From: a virus
Lineage: Duplodnaviria; Heunggongvirae; Uroviricota; Caudoviricetes
DNA: 14,524 nt
IMG/VR virus record: IMGVR_UViG_2718218128_000007
Location: 1 to 14,524 of that record
Strand: one strand, 5' to 3'
Below are positions 1-7,171 of the stretch, in pieces. Every line of letters starts with the position of its first letter. Within the stretch, counting starts at the first letter, position 1. The notes beneath the pieces were generated by a model. That model saw only the letters and a list, made by a program, of their open reading frames with translations. It searched no databases and was not told the origin of the DNA. Both the position numbers and the translations under genes were made by a program.

Positions 1-669
1 TTACGATGCCATCCCCTTTTTGGTTAAAGGTTTCGCAGGATTCCCAAACACAGTCACTCCAGCTGGCACACTTTTTGTAACGACGGCTCCCATTCCTATA
101 ACTGCCCCATCCCCAATGATAATTGGTCTTTTAGGAGAACCCTGTTTTATAACTGCACCCGCCCCAACATATACGTGATCACCAATAACAACGCTTCCAT
201 TACATTTAACACCCGGAGCGAAGGTAACATAGTCCCCTATAATGCAATCATGGGCAACATATGAATATATATTCGCATGGAAAAACTTACCTATTTTTGC
301 ATCCGCTGTGACACACGTAAAAGGGCATAGGATGGCACTATCATGAATATCACTAGATTCATATTGAATACTGTGATGTCCTTTAATGGTAAAGGGGACA
401 GCACCAGCCGCCATTAACATTGAGGCTATCCTTTCTCTAACTTTACTATCACCAATAGCGACATTAAAGAACTTGTTATCATAATCAGATTCACAGAACT
501 CCTGTGGAGATAGAACATCAATTCCAGAAATTTGCTTACTTTCAGAATTCTCAACAATAAATACTAATTTATAACTATCATGAAACGGTAGTTCATCGAA
601 CATGAACTGAACTAAAGGTGCAACTTCACGACCAAAACCACCTGCACCAACAATCCCATAGATATCCAT
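1..669 (-). CDS. NeuD/PglD-family hexapeptide-repeat (left-handed beta-helix) sugar O-acyltransferase; likely accessory/moron gene
   Basis: ORF 1..690 (-). N-terminal Rossmann-like segment MDIYGIVGAGGFGREV is followed by repeated hexapeptide-like [LIV]-G-x-x-x-x units (IGDYVTFAPGVKCNGSVVIGDHVYVGAGAVI ... IGDGAVIGMGAVV). The track start at 690 is a TTG; I prefer the in-frame ATG at 669, which has a GAGGG Shine-Dalgarno a few nt upstream. Stop codon is at 1..3, so the gene is complete. Confidence 0.7.
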   Translation of the reverse strand: MDIYGIVGAGGFGREVAPLVQFMFDELPFHDSYKLVFIVENSESKQISGIDVLSPQEFCESDYDNKFFNVAIGDSKVRERIASMLMAAGAVPFTIKGHHSIQYESSDIHDSAILCPFTCVTADAKIGKFFHANIYSYVAHDCIIGDYVTFAPGVKCNGSVVIGDHVYVGAGAVIKQGSPKRPIIIGDGAVIGMGAVVTKSVPAGVTVFGNPAKPLTKKGMAS

Positions 670-904
670 AACACCCTCAGACATTATCAATTTTAGATAT
701 AGTATGTCCTTGGCGTAGATTTCTCAAGAGTGTAAACAAGGGGGGAGACTTATGCTGGAAACTTGGGAAAAAGCGACTGTTATTTTGTTCAGTAAACACC
801 ATGTAAACTCACTGCCAACTGGCAACCATTCAATACTCACACCATCGAACGGACTTCAACTGACCGCGACCTGTTTCTTCATTCTCGGATAGCGGCATTC
901 ATCT

Positions 905-1492
905 TTATGCTGGTTTTGCTGGCCAAGTGATGTCAGGTGCTTTCGATGTATCGACCTCCTGAAGTGCTTTAATGTACCAAATCCACGCAATCAGACTCGT
1001 CTTATCTTCGTCGCTAATGATTCCCAATTGCAGTTCAGTTGTCCAGAAACTGATCTTTTCCTTAGCTTTTACCAATAGAATAGCTTTTTGCTTATCAGCC
1101 ACTTCAACATCAGCTGCATACTTAGCATTTGGGTCTGATACCCACTTTTTCCCATCCCATTTCTGGAACGGATCAGAAGGAGCAATATTGGTATAGCCAT
1201 TATTAATAGGACCAATATAGTCGATAGTATGAGGCATACCGTCAGTAGTTGAATAAACTGTCTTACCTCGATGGTCTTCTTTCAAGACCCATCCTCCATT
1301 TTCGAATACAGCAACCTTTCCTGTTAGTTCATTACCCGGATCAATATCGGTAGAATTACCCGGCATACTGACGCCAATATTAATATATTCGTCTGACCAT
1401 CCTATATATTCAAAAGTTACTATATCGTAGTAATAGCAGCGGATTTCACCCGGTTCCGTTGCCAGTCCATTTTCATCAAAAACAGGTTTCAT
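905..1492 (-). CDS. tfa: phage tail fiber assembly protein (Tfa chaperone)
   Basis: 195-aa ORF with blocks typical of enterobacterial Tfa proteins (EDHRGKTVY, QKWDGKKWV, C-terminal VDTSKAPDITWPAKPA). Its ATG overlaps the stop of the upstream tail fiber ORF (TAATG on the minus strand), implying translational coupling. Confidence 0.8.
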   Translation of the reverse strand: MKPVFDENGLATEPGEIRCYYYDIVTFEYIGWSDEYINIGVSMPGNSTDIDPGNELTGKVAVFENGGWVLKEDHRGKTVYSTTDGMPHTIDYIGPINNGYTNIAPSDPFQKWDGKKWVSDPNAKYAADVEVADKQKAILLVKAKEKISFWTTELQLGIISDEDKTSLIAWIWYIKALQEVDTSKAPDITWPAKPA

Positions 1493-2250
1493 TATTTAGC
1501 CCTTACTAAAAAGTTAAATGTGATATTGCGGGGACGTGTTTCGTTGCCTCCAGGATTTTGGAATGCAGGTAAAGCTCCCCCTATCGGCTGACTGATTCCG
1601 TTGGTATATAAAGGAGCTGCATTCGATATTGTACCAAACACTACATTGCTACCATTTCCGCTTGTCCCTAAAAATTTATGCTCATGCATTTTGAAGTCAT
1701 CTGCTTGTGCAGAAAGTAAGGTTCGCCCTCTATCCACCCCGCGCCCATCATCCCAGATACGAATAAAATCACCCCGTGCGTCAGGTAATGCTAGCGCCGG
1801 AAACACTTTCGCCAGCACAGGGTAATCAGTGGCAGAGAATTTCGCGCCGTTGAACTTCAAAAACACCATACTGGACCAACTGTCGATTACAGTATTTGGC
1901 ATTGCGGCGGACGGCCAGAAGAACGGAACGCCAATAGCTGGAGCACCTTCTCCCAAACCAAGATTTTCGAGAGCCGTTTTCACCGTGCCATCCGATTTGA
2001 TATCACCAAACGGATTCTTGCGGCTTAACAGCAGAGCACGAAGCGCGGTAAGCAACTGGTCGTTTCGCCCCTTCTCCAGGCTGGCACCGGATGCCTCCAC
2101 CACGCTGCAGAGTTCTTCCTGCAACATATCAAAGTAGTCATCATCCAGATCGGTGGCAGGTGTGCCAGTCTGGGGGTTACCACGGGTAAAACCGTTCTTA
2201 CCCGCGCCGAACTTATCCTTCTGCGCGGTTTTCGTGTCTATACGATGCAT
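1492..2250 (-). CDS. phage tail fiber protein (distal receptor-binding type), possibly a truncated remnant
   Basis: 252-aa ORF immediately upstream of and coupled to tfa; Gly/Asn/Ser-rich C-terminal half ending [11 protein letters not shown], as in Stf-like fibers. It is short for a lambdoid side tail fiber and is preceded by an in-frame TAA that separates it from the terminase-like ORF. Confidence 0.55.
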   Translation of the reverse strand: MHRIDTKTAQKDKFGAGKNGFTRGNPQTGTPATDLDDDYFDMLQEELCSVVEASGASLEKGRNDQLLTALRALLLSRKNPFGDIKSDGTVKTALENLGLGEGAPAIGVPFFWPSAAMPNTVIDSWSSMVFLKFNGAKFSATDYPVLAKVFPALALPDARGDFIRIWDDGRGVDRGRTLLSAQADDFKMHEHKFLGTSGNGSNVVFGTISNAAPLYTNGISQPIGGALPAFQNPGGNETRPRNITFNFLVRAK

Positions 2251-2253
2251 GGA

Positions 2254-2874
2254 TTACTCCGGATATTTAAAAATTACGTAGGTATGCGACGGGCAGAGTT
2301 TGTTAAGCACACATTCGACAACGGTGTCGCCCCAGATACGCAGCGCGGAATCACAGGGATCGCCACATGTCATCCAGGTGGTGTTTGTGGCGGCTGGCAT
2401 GTTGACCTGCCAGTAATACCGCCATTCCGGCGCATTCACCGCGTCAGAACAGGCCGATGAGCAGGTGAACGTGCTTTTGTCGTATCGCGTGATGGTAGCC
2501 TCCTGTTCTTTTTTGGCGGTCAGCTCCGGATTTTTGACCATACCGCCCATTGCACCGGTGATGGTGTTGCCCTGTCTGGCAATATTTTTCACGGCACGTC
2601 GCCAGAACTCGTAGGCCACGCACCACCGCTCAAGCACCGCGAGGTCAGTCACGCACAGCAGGCCCTGACCGCAGAGTTCTTTGGTTGTCAGTTGCCACAT
2701 GATCGTAGCGAGAGGGAGATCTTCTTCAGCGAACCACTCCGGTGGCTCAACACCTTTGATGGGCGTAAAAACAGGTTCATCTTTGTTCAGGGCTCGCTTG
2801 CCGGGGTTTCCGGCCAGCGCCTTGCGCGCCGTTGGCTTGGGGCGACGCCCGGAACGCCCCGCCGTTCCAGCCAT
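2254..2874 (-). CDS. terminase small subunit, P27 family (N-terminal about 135 aa), with an atypical Cys/Trp-rich C-terminal tail; probable deletion remnant
   Basis: N-terminus [36 protein letters not shown] matches the conserved P27-family TerS start. The track start at 2883 is GTG; an ATG at 2874 is preceded by an AGGAG Shine-Dalgarno. The last about 70 aa ([40 protein letters not shown]...) do not resemble a TerS C-terminus. Confidence 0.55.
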   Translation of the reverse strand: MAGTAGRSGRRPKPTARKALAGNPGKRALNKDEPVFTPIKGVEPPEWFAEEDLPLATIMWQLTTKELCGQGLLCVTDLAVLERWCVAYEFWRRAVKNIARQGNTITGAMGGMVKNPELTAKKEQEATITRYDKSTFTCSSACSDAVNAPEWRYYWQVNMPAATNTTWMTCGDPCDSALRIWGDTVVECVLNKLCPSHTYVIFKYPE

Positions 2875-2913
2875 ATGCGGCACTCCTGGTTAAATTTCAT
2901 TTTTCGCGGGTAT

Positions 2914-2972
2914 AAAAAAACGATGGGGCGGGCAGTCCTGAAGGCGTCAGGTCACAGGGATTTGACCCGCCC
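2914..2972 (-). other. GC-rich nested inverted repeat between HNH and TerS genes; candidate cos/packaging-site structure or intrinsic terminator
   Basis: GGGCGGG (2926..2932) pairs with CCCGCCC (2966..2972), enclosing an inner hairpin CCTGA-aggcg-TCAGG (2937..2951). On the minus strand the outer stem is followed after 5 nt by a T7 run (complement of A7 at 2914..2920). Confidence 0.3.
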
Positions 2973-2998
2973 TCCCCTCTGGCAGTGGAAACTGGTTC

Positions 2999-3349
2999 TT
3001 ACTTCAGCCGTTCACGGGCCGTCTTCGCCTTATGACACGGCCAGCACAGACTCTGCAGATTACAGTCGGCATCAGTGCCGCCATGCGCTTTAGGGATGAT
3101 GTGGTCAACGGTTTTCGCTTCACGCACCACACCGGCACGCAGACATAACTGACATAAACCTTTGTCACGTTTCAGCACACGCGCGCGGATAGCGTCCCAC
3201 TTCGAACCGTAGCCGCGCTGATGACGGGACTGGCCTGGCTTGTATTGCTTCCAGCCTTCGCTTTTGTGGCTTTCACAATAGCCTGACGAGTCAGTGGTGG
3301 TATGGCGGCAGCCGCGAACGCGGCAGGCTTTTGGGGTTCGTGGGGGCAT
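2999..3349 (-). CDS. HNH endonuclease (phage terminase-associated type)
   Basis: Cys-rich HNH signature CRVRGCRHTT...CESH ... VDHIIPKAHGGTDADCNLQSLCWPCHKAK. It sits directly upstream of TerS, the standard HNH-terS arrangement in cos-type phages. I prefer the ATG at 3349 (MPPRT..., GGAG Shine-Dalgarno) over the track start at 3418, because a terminator-like hairpin lies between the two. Confidence 0.75.
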   Translation of the reverse strand: MPPRTPKACRVRGCRHTTTDSSGYCESHKSEGWKQYKPGQSRHQRGYGSKWDAIRARVLKRDKGLCQLCLRAGVVREAKTVDHIIPKAHGGTDADCNLQSLCWPCHKAKTARERLK

Positions 3350-3360
3350 GCTGGCTCCAA

Positions 3361-3383
3361 TAAAAAGCCCCGCGACGCGAGGC
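3361..3383 (-). terminator. putative rho-independent terminator after the small membrane protein gene
   Basis: Minus-strand RNA GCCUCG-CGUCG-CGGGGC (6-bp stem including one G-U pair) followed by UUUUUAUU, about 30 nt after the stop at 3415. Confidence 0.4.
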
Positions 3384-3414
3384 TTAGACAGAAAAAACAC
3401 CGGATAAGATCTGG

Positions 3415-3618
3415 TCATTCTTCCTTTTTAATAATGACTTCTCGAGGGCGCAATTGTTGGATAGCACGACAAATACAATATGGAATAACTGCCCATGCTA
3501 CTCCCATTGCTGCACCTGCAGCCTGTTGTGGAGCACTCTGAGCACCGAAAACCCCGAGGATTCCTTCAATAAATCCAATAGCACTACACAAAAGACTGAT
3601 GACCCAGAGAATTTTCAT
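3415..3618 (-). CDS. small hydrophobic membrane protein (two predicted transmembrane segments), function unknown
   Basis: 67-aa ORF MKILWVISLLCSAIGFIEGILGVFGA...AMGVAWAVIPYCICRAI with a charged C-terminal tail. A strong AAGGAG Shine-Dalgarno lies about 9 nt upstream of the ATG, and the region is AT-rich. Confidence 0.45.
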   Translation of the reverse strand: MKILWVISLLCSAIGFIEGILGVFGAQSAPQQAAGAAMGVAWAVIPYCICRAIQQLRPREVIIKKEE

Positions 3619-3735
3619 AAACCTAAACTCCTTTTAAATAAACACTTTACTAGGATAATTCTCATAAAATGTTAGTAAAGTATTTTCAGGAAAATAGCGT
3701 ATCACTGCCTATTTTTGACACTGATGCTGGGATAA

Positions 3736-4110
3736 TTATTCCGGTCGCTGGAGTTGCTCATGATGATACAGAGCGAGAATCAGGTCATAAGACCCTTGCC
3801 TGTCTTTGTAACCAGTTTTATCAACCAATTCAGCTTTACTGATTCCGGGTAAATCAAGAATCAGATTCGCAACTTCAATTGCCCTTTGGTACAACTTACC
3901 GCCCTTTTTCTCCCCATGCAGTGGTTTTACATTCTTGAGGTAACCGCTATCCGCCAGGGCGAGAAATGTTGCCCTTGGGCATATCTTCTTTCTTGACGAT
4001 TCGCTTTCTGTAACCTCTGCGACAGCTGCATCCCATGCATCACGAGGAGGCATTGAGCTATCAGCAACCAAATGATAAGCGATTAAAGCGGCGCGCGCGT
4101 ATTGAGACAT
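3736..4110 (-). CDS. hypothetical protein (accessory gene downstream of Rz)
   Basis: ORF 3736..4161 (-). The track start is a GTG that overlaps the end of Rz; the in-frame ATG at 4110 (MSQYARAALIAYHL...) is more plausible. I recognise no family from the sequence. Confidence 0.4.
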   Translation of the reverse strand: MSQYARAALIAYHLVADSSMPPRDAWDAAVAEVTESESSRKKICPRATFLALADSGYLKNVKPLHGEKKGGKLYQRAIEVANLILDLPGISKAELVDKTGYKDRQGSYDLILALYHHEQLQRPE

Positions 4111-4148
4111 AATGCATCCATATACAAAAATCTCATGATAATACTTTT

Positions 4149-4592
4149 CTAATATGAACACTGTGATCTCACATACTCTTGCAGGCCATTCAATTGGTTA
4201 GTTATGGTTTCGATGCGCTCTCTGAGAACGAAATAATCTCGTTGAGCGGTGTCAGTAAGTCTGGGGCTGGAAGCATCATCCACGCCGGAGGCGGCGGTGG
4301 TTTTATGCATGTCCGGACAGACTGCTTTGACGTGCAGCCACTTACGACCAGCAGAAACATCAGCACGAAGACTTTCGATAGTCGCGTTAGCATCAGCAAG
4401 CTCCTTTGTATATCTGGCATCGAGTTCAGCTACATTACTTTGACGTTTCTGTATGTCAGCGATAATGGATGCGGCCTTATCGCGCTGCTTTTTGTAGGTG
4501 ATGGCGTTATCACGGTAATGATTAACCGCCCATGACAGGCAGACGATGATGCAGATAACCAGAACGGAGATAATCGCGGTGACTCTGCTCAT
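4149..4592 (-). CDS. Rz: Rz i-spanin (inner-membrane spanin), lambda-like
   Basis: 147 aa; N-terminus [34 protein letters not shown] is near-identical to lambda Rz as I recall it. Its start overlaps the R stop (ATGA), and it carries the embedded +1-frame Rz1. Confidence 0.9.
   Translation of the reverse strand: MSRVTAIISVLVICIIVCLSWAVNHYRDNAITYKKQRDKAASIIADIQKRQSNVAELDARYTKELADANATIESLRADVSAGRKWLHVKAVCPDMHKTTAASGVDDASSPRLTDTAQRDYFVLRERIETITNQLNGLQEYVRSQCSY
4202..4393 (-). CDS. Rz1: Rz1 o-spanin (outer-membrane lipoprotein) embedded out of frame within Rz
   Basis: ORF 4202..4420 (-) lies entirely inside Rz in another frame. It has a signal peptide plus lipobox ([20 protein letters not shown]) followed by TSKQSV...[10 protein letters not shown], matching the lambda Rz1 pattern. 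Start is placed at the ATG at 4393. Confidence 0.8.
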   Translation of the reverse strand: MLTRLSKVFVLMFLLVVSGCTSKQSVRTCIKPPPPPAWMMLPAPDLLTPLNEIISFSESASKP

Positions 4593-5065
4593 ACCTCAAT
4601 CTCTCTGACCGTTCCGCCTGCTTCTTTGAATTTTGCAATCAGGCTGTCAGTCTTATGCTCGAACTGACCATAACCAGCGCCAGGCAATGAGGCCCAGATA
4701 TTACTGCAACGGTCGATTGCCTGACGGATGTCACCGCGATCAATCATTAGTAAAGCGCCACGCTCCTTAATCTGCTGCAATGCAACAGCATCCTGGCTTT
4801 TAGGAGAGAAGTCTGTCAGCCCTAACTGCTTGCGGTAAGCATCCCACCAGCGTGAAAGAAGTTGATAACGGCCTGCGGCTGTTGATTTGAGTTTCGGGTT
4901 TAGCGTGACAAGTTTTCGAGGGTGATCGGAGTAATCAGTGAAGAGTTCGCCACCGACAATAACGTCATAACCGTGGTTACGTGTCGGTTGTCGCCCGTTA
5001 TCCGTTCCTTCTGACCAGGCCACCATATCAAGGAAAGCTTTACGCTGAGGATTTAGTACCTGCAT
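4589..5065 (-). CDS. R: endolysin R, lambda-type lytic transglycosylase
   Basis: 158 aa, [45 protein letters not shown]..., near-identical to lambda R as I recall it. AAGGAG Shine-Dalgarno upstream of the ATG. Confidence 0.9.
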   Translation of the reverse strand: MQVLNPQRKAFLDMVAWSEGTDNGRQPTRNHGYDVIVGGELFTDYSDHPRKLVTLNPKLKSTAAGRYQLLSRWWDAYRKQLGLTDFSPKSQDAVALQQIKERGALLMIDRGDIRQAIDRCSNIWASLPGAGYGQFEHKTDSLIAKFKEAGGTVREIEV

Positions 5066-5068
5066 AAA

Positions 5069-5404
5069 TTACTCCTTCGAGCTACCAAATTTGTTACCGA
5101 TTACTCGCATTGCAGCCCCACGAATAGCATCGACACCGATCAGCCCAACGCCGCCACCAATGGCAACAGAAAGAGATTTAGGCCATCCGACATACTCAAG
5201 AGCGGATGCAAAAGTCAGCGTCAGAGCACCACAGAGCAAAATCTCGAGCGTTTTTCGCTTCCAGCCACCACCACCGCCAAAATAGGCAATGCGCAAGCCA
5301 GCCATAACGATCGACATAATCACTGCGCCCAGCGGTGTGTCTCCACGCCACCAGCTCTGAAACAACTCCAGCCAGTCCGGCCAGGTATTTGGGTTATGAG
5401 GCAT
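5069..5404 (-). CDS. putative holin
   Basis: 111-aa ORF immediately upstream of R, with hydrophobic segments (GAVIMSIVMAGLRIAYF, LEILLCGALTLTFASAL, LSVAIGGGVGLIGV) and a GAGGTGAGAG Shine-Dalgarno. It does not resemble lambda S, so the call rests on position and hydropathy. Confidence 0.55.
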   Translation of the reverse strand: MPHNPNTWPDWLELFQSWWRGDTPLGAVIMSIVMAGLRIAYFGGGGGWKRKTLEILLCGALTLTFASALEYVGWPKSLSVAIGGGVGLIGVDAIRGAAMRVIGNKFGSSKE

Positions 5405-5545
5405 TTGTAGTTATCTCTCACCTCGCTGATACAGCAGGTGCAAATTGAGGAAACATCATGTTCCGCAAATCAGAAGCGGAAACGTCAAAGAAGCCGAGTC
5501 AAAGGATAACTGCGGGATAAACCAAGCCCAACGAACAACCAGGCC

Positions 5546-5578
5546 CAGAAACGACAAAACCCGCTCATCGGCGGGTTT
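5546..5578 (-). terminator. rho-independent terminator upstream of the holin (tR'-like position)
   Basis: Perfect 8-bp stem AAACCCGC (5557..5564) / GCGGGTTT (5571..5578) with a 6-nt loop; on the minus strand it is followed by UUUUGUCGUUUCU. It lies between the moron start and the holin start. Confidence 0.5.
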
Positions 5579-5670
5579 AAGCTGTGTGGCGAAGTAACCA
5601 CTCTTAACACATTACATGATAAAATGCGGACCGCGTTAGTAATATTTTTCTCATATATTGGGTTCACTAC

Positions 5671-6417
5671 ATGCGACATAATTTTTCTAAAGACACTATA
5701 AAAAAATTAGCAGAGCGGGCAGCATTCATTTGTTCAAACCCTTCATGCCCTAGATTGACCATTGGCCCATCAATTGATGGCAATAAATCAATCAAGACAG
5801 GAGTTGCTGCTCACATATGTGCAGCATCTCCTGATGGCCCACGCTATGACATGTCACAATCAGAAACAGAAAGGAAGTCAATTAACAATGGCATATGGCT
5901 GTGTGCTACTTGTTCTGTATTAATAGATAAGAATCAGGGGCTAGACTATCCGGCACCTGTATTAAGAAAATGGAAAAAAGATCATGAAAGCCTTATAAGC
6001 TCCTGTCTTGAAGGTTCGATTAATATTACCTTCGATGCTTTGAAATATATTCAACAGCATGATGAAAGAAATCTGGCAAAAAAGATTATAAATGAATTGG
6101 ATGATAAAGGGGCTTTGTTCGTAGAATATCATCTTGAAAACCCCTGTTTTGTTGCCGAATCACTCAAAGAGTTAAGAACATGTTTGACCTCTTTGCTTTC
6201 TCAAATCCCAGATGAATCACCTCTATTTATCGTTTGCAAGTCAATTCGAGAAGCATGCCGTTATTATATGAACAACACTTCTAAAGACGCAGGGATTAAA
6301 GAGTTAGAATTTTCGTTGGGAGCGGTCAGAAAAATCGTAGGTATCAACGTTAAAAGAATATCAGAAACCTACGGGGTTAAACCTAGCCCACAATTATCTA
6401 CCATAATGCCAGATTAA
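5671..6417 (+). CDS. AT-rich moron encoding a 248-aa protein with an N-terminal HNH-like (His-Me finger type) Cys/His motif and an uncharacterised C-terminal domain
   Basis: Long ORF on the strand opposite to all flanking genes. Motif: CSNPSCPRLT ... GVAAHICAASPDGPRY ... ERKSINNGIWLCATCSVLIDKN, i.e. CxxxxC ... AHI ... N ... CxxC, with Ser where the final His is usual. Sampled 60-nt stretches are roughly one-third GC, against roughly half or more in neighbouring genes. A terminator follows it. Confidence 0.65.
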   Translation: MRHNFSKDTIKKLAERAAFICSNPSCPRLTIGPSIDGNKSIKTGVAAHICAASPDGPRYDMSQSETERKSINNGIWLCATCSVLIDKNQGLDYPAPVLRKWKKDHESLISSCLEGSINITFDALKYIQQHDERNLAKKIINELDDKGALFVEYHLENPCFVAESLKELRTCLTSLLSQIPDESPLFIVCKSIREACRYYMNNTSKDAGIKELEFSLGAVRKIVGINVKRISETYGVKPSPQLSTIMPD

Positions 6418-6426
6418 ATCTGTTAC

Positions 6427-6469
6427 GCAGCAACAAAGTTAAACTCTATGTTGCTGCCTTAATTTTATT
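6427..6469 (+). terminator. rho-independent terminator of the moron gene
   Basis: Perfect 9-bp stem GCAGCAACA (6427..6435) / TGTTGCTGC (6449..6457) with a 13-nt loop, followed by CTTAATTTTATT on the plus strand. It sits between the moron stop (6417) and the convergent Q stop (6468). Confidence 0.55.
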
Positions 6470-6830
6470 ACTCCATTTCTAAACGAATATCCAGCATCGA
6501 GAGACAACCATCTATAAACCCTTCAGCCAACTGTATCTCTATACGTATCAATTTCTCATCTTTTTTGTATGCTTTTGCTATCTTCCTTTTCGAGATGCCA
6601 TACAGGTAATGAGCCACAATCAGAGAGTGCTCATACGGTTTTCTCTTCTTAAGAAGAGCAAGACAACCTTCAATAATTAATGCATCACTATCTGAACAAG
6701 CCTGACGTGTTTTGCTTGTATAGGGAAGAAGCCCTTTAAACCCAGCAGCTATAGGAGAATAGTCTACTCCAGAACTATCACTCGCCGCCCATGCTCCCCA
6801 ACGATCCAGAACCATCTGAATATCACGCAT
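6468..6830 (-). CDS. Q: late-gene antitermination protein Q (Phage_antitermQ type, as in phage 21 / DLP12-like elements)
   Basis: MRDIQMVLDRWGAWAA...IAAGFKGLL...ALIIEGCLALLKK...LAEGFIDGCLSMLDIRLEME matches my recollection of the small Q-type antiterminators. The track start at 6845 is TTG; the ATG at 6830 has a GGAGAAA Shine-Dalgarno. Operon position is upstream of the lysis genes. Confidence 0.75.
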   Translation of the reverse strand: MRDIQMVLDRWGAWAASDSSGVDYSPIAAGFKGLLPYTSKTRQACSDSDALIIEGCLALLKKRKPYEHSLIVAHYLYGISKRKIAKAYKKDEKLIRIEIQLAEGFIDGCLSMLDIRLEME

Positions 6831-6847
6831 CAACTTTCTCCACAAAA

Positions 6848-7171
6848 TCAGGCCAGCACACCAGTTGCCAGCGCACGATCGATAAAACGAAATATCAGCT
6901 CCAGTTGGGAGCCATACTTCTCTTCAAATGCCACGGTACCCTGGCGACGCGCCTTACGCGTTAACCAGCCTTCTGCTTCCAGCCGTGCGATAGCCGTTCT
7001 GACGGTACTCATCCCCGCGCCAATCTGACGGGCAATGGTTTCAATTGATGGCCAGCACACACCTTCGTCATTACTGAAATCAGCCAGGCGGGCCATAATT
7101 GCCACGCTGGATAATTTCATGCCTGACGCAGCGCAACCATCCCATACATAGCCGGTTAATTTAGTGCTCAT
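6848..7171 (-). CDS. winged-helix/HTH DNA-binding protein, possibly the N-terminal remnant of a replication-initiator-like protein
   Basis: 107 aa with an HTH-like segment LSSVAIMARLADFSNDEGVCWPSIETIARQIGAGMSTVRTAIARLEAEGWL. Its start overlaps the end of the upstream frameshifted gene and its stop abuts the Q start. Confidence 0.45.
   Translation of the reverse strand: MSTKLTGYVWDGCAASGMKLSSVAIMARLADFSNDEGVCWPSIETIARQIGAGMSTVRTAIARLEAEGWLTRKARRQGTVAFEEKYGSQLELIFRFIDRALATGVLA

Noticed and set aside
740-745. G6 homopolymer upstream of the acetyltransferase as a phase-variation (slipped-strand) tract
   Set aside because: Six G is shorter than tracts that usually mediate phase variation, and it more plausibly forms the Shine-Dalgarno of a small plus-strand ORF or is incidental. 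No GATC cluster suggesting Dam/OxyR-type switching was seen in 691..904.
905-2250. Invertible tail-fiber host-range segment (Pin/Gin/Cin-type shufflon)
   Set aside because: No DNA invertase gene and no inverted duplicate of the fiber C-terminus or tfa is present in the window; only a single fiber-tfa pair in one orientation.
2681-3675. ORFs 2681..2893 (+), 2692..3093 (+), 3172..3360 (-), 3302..3541 (+) and 3454..3675 (+)
   Set aside because: They overlap the TerS, HNH and small-membrane-protein genes on the opposite strand or out of frame, with no RBS and a low-complexity Arg/Ala/Pro-rich composition consistent with GC-rich shadow frames.
4179-4535. Plus-strand ORFs 4179..4535 and 4249..4443 lying inside the Rz/Rz1 region
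   Set aside because: They are antisense to a well-supported, lambda-like Rz/Rz1 pair, have no RBS and show low-complexity composition; they are shadow ORFs.
5671-6417. Shiga-toxin-like cargo in the Q-S slot
   Set aside because: It is a single ORF on the strand opposite to Q, with no signal peptide and no small B-subunit gene; the sequence shows a Cys/His nuclease-like motif rather than anything toxin-like.
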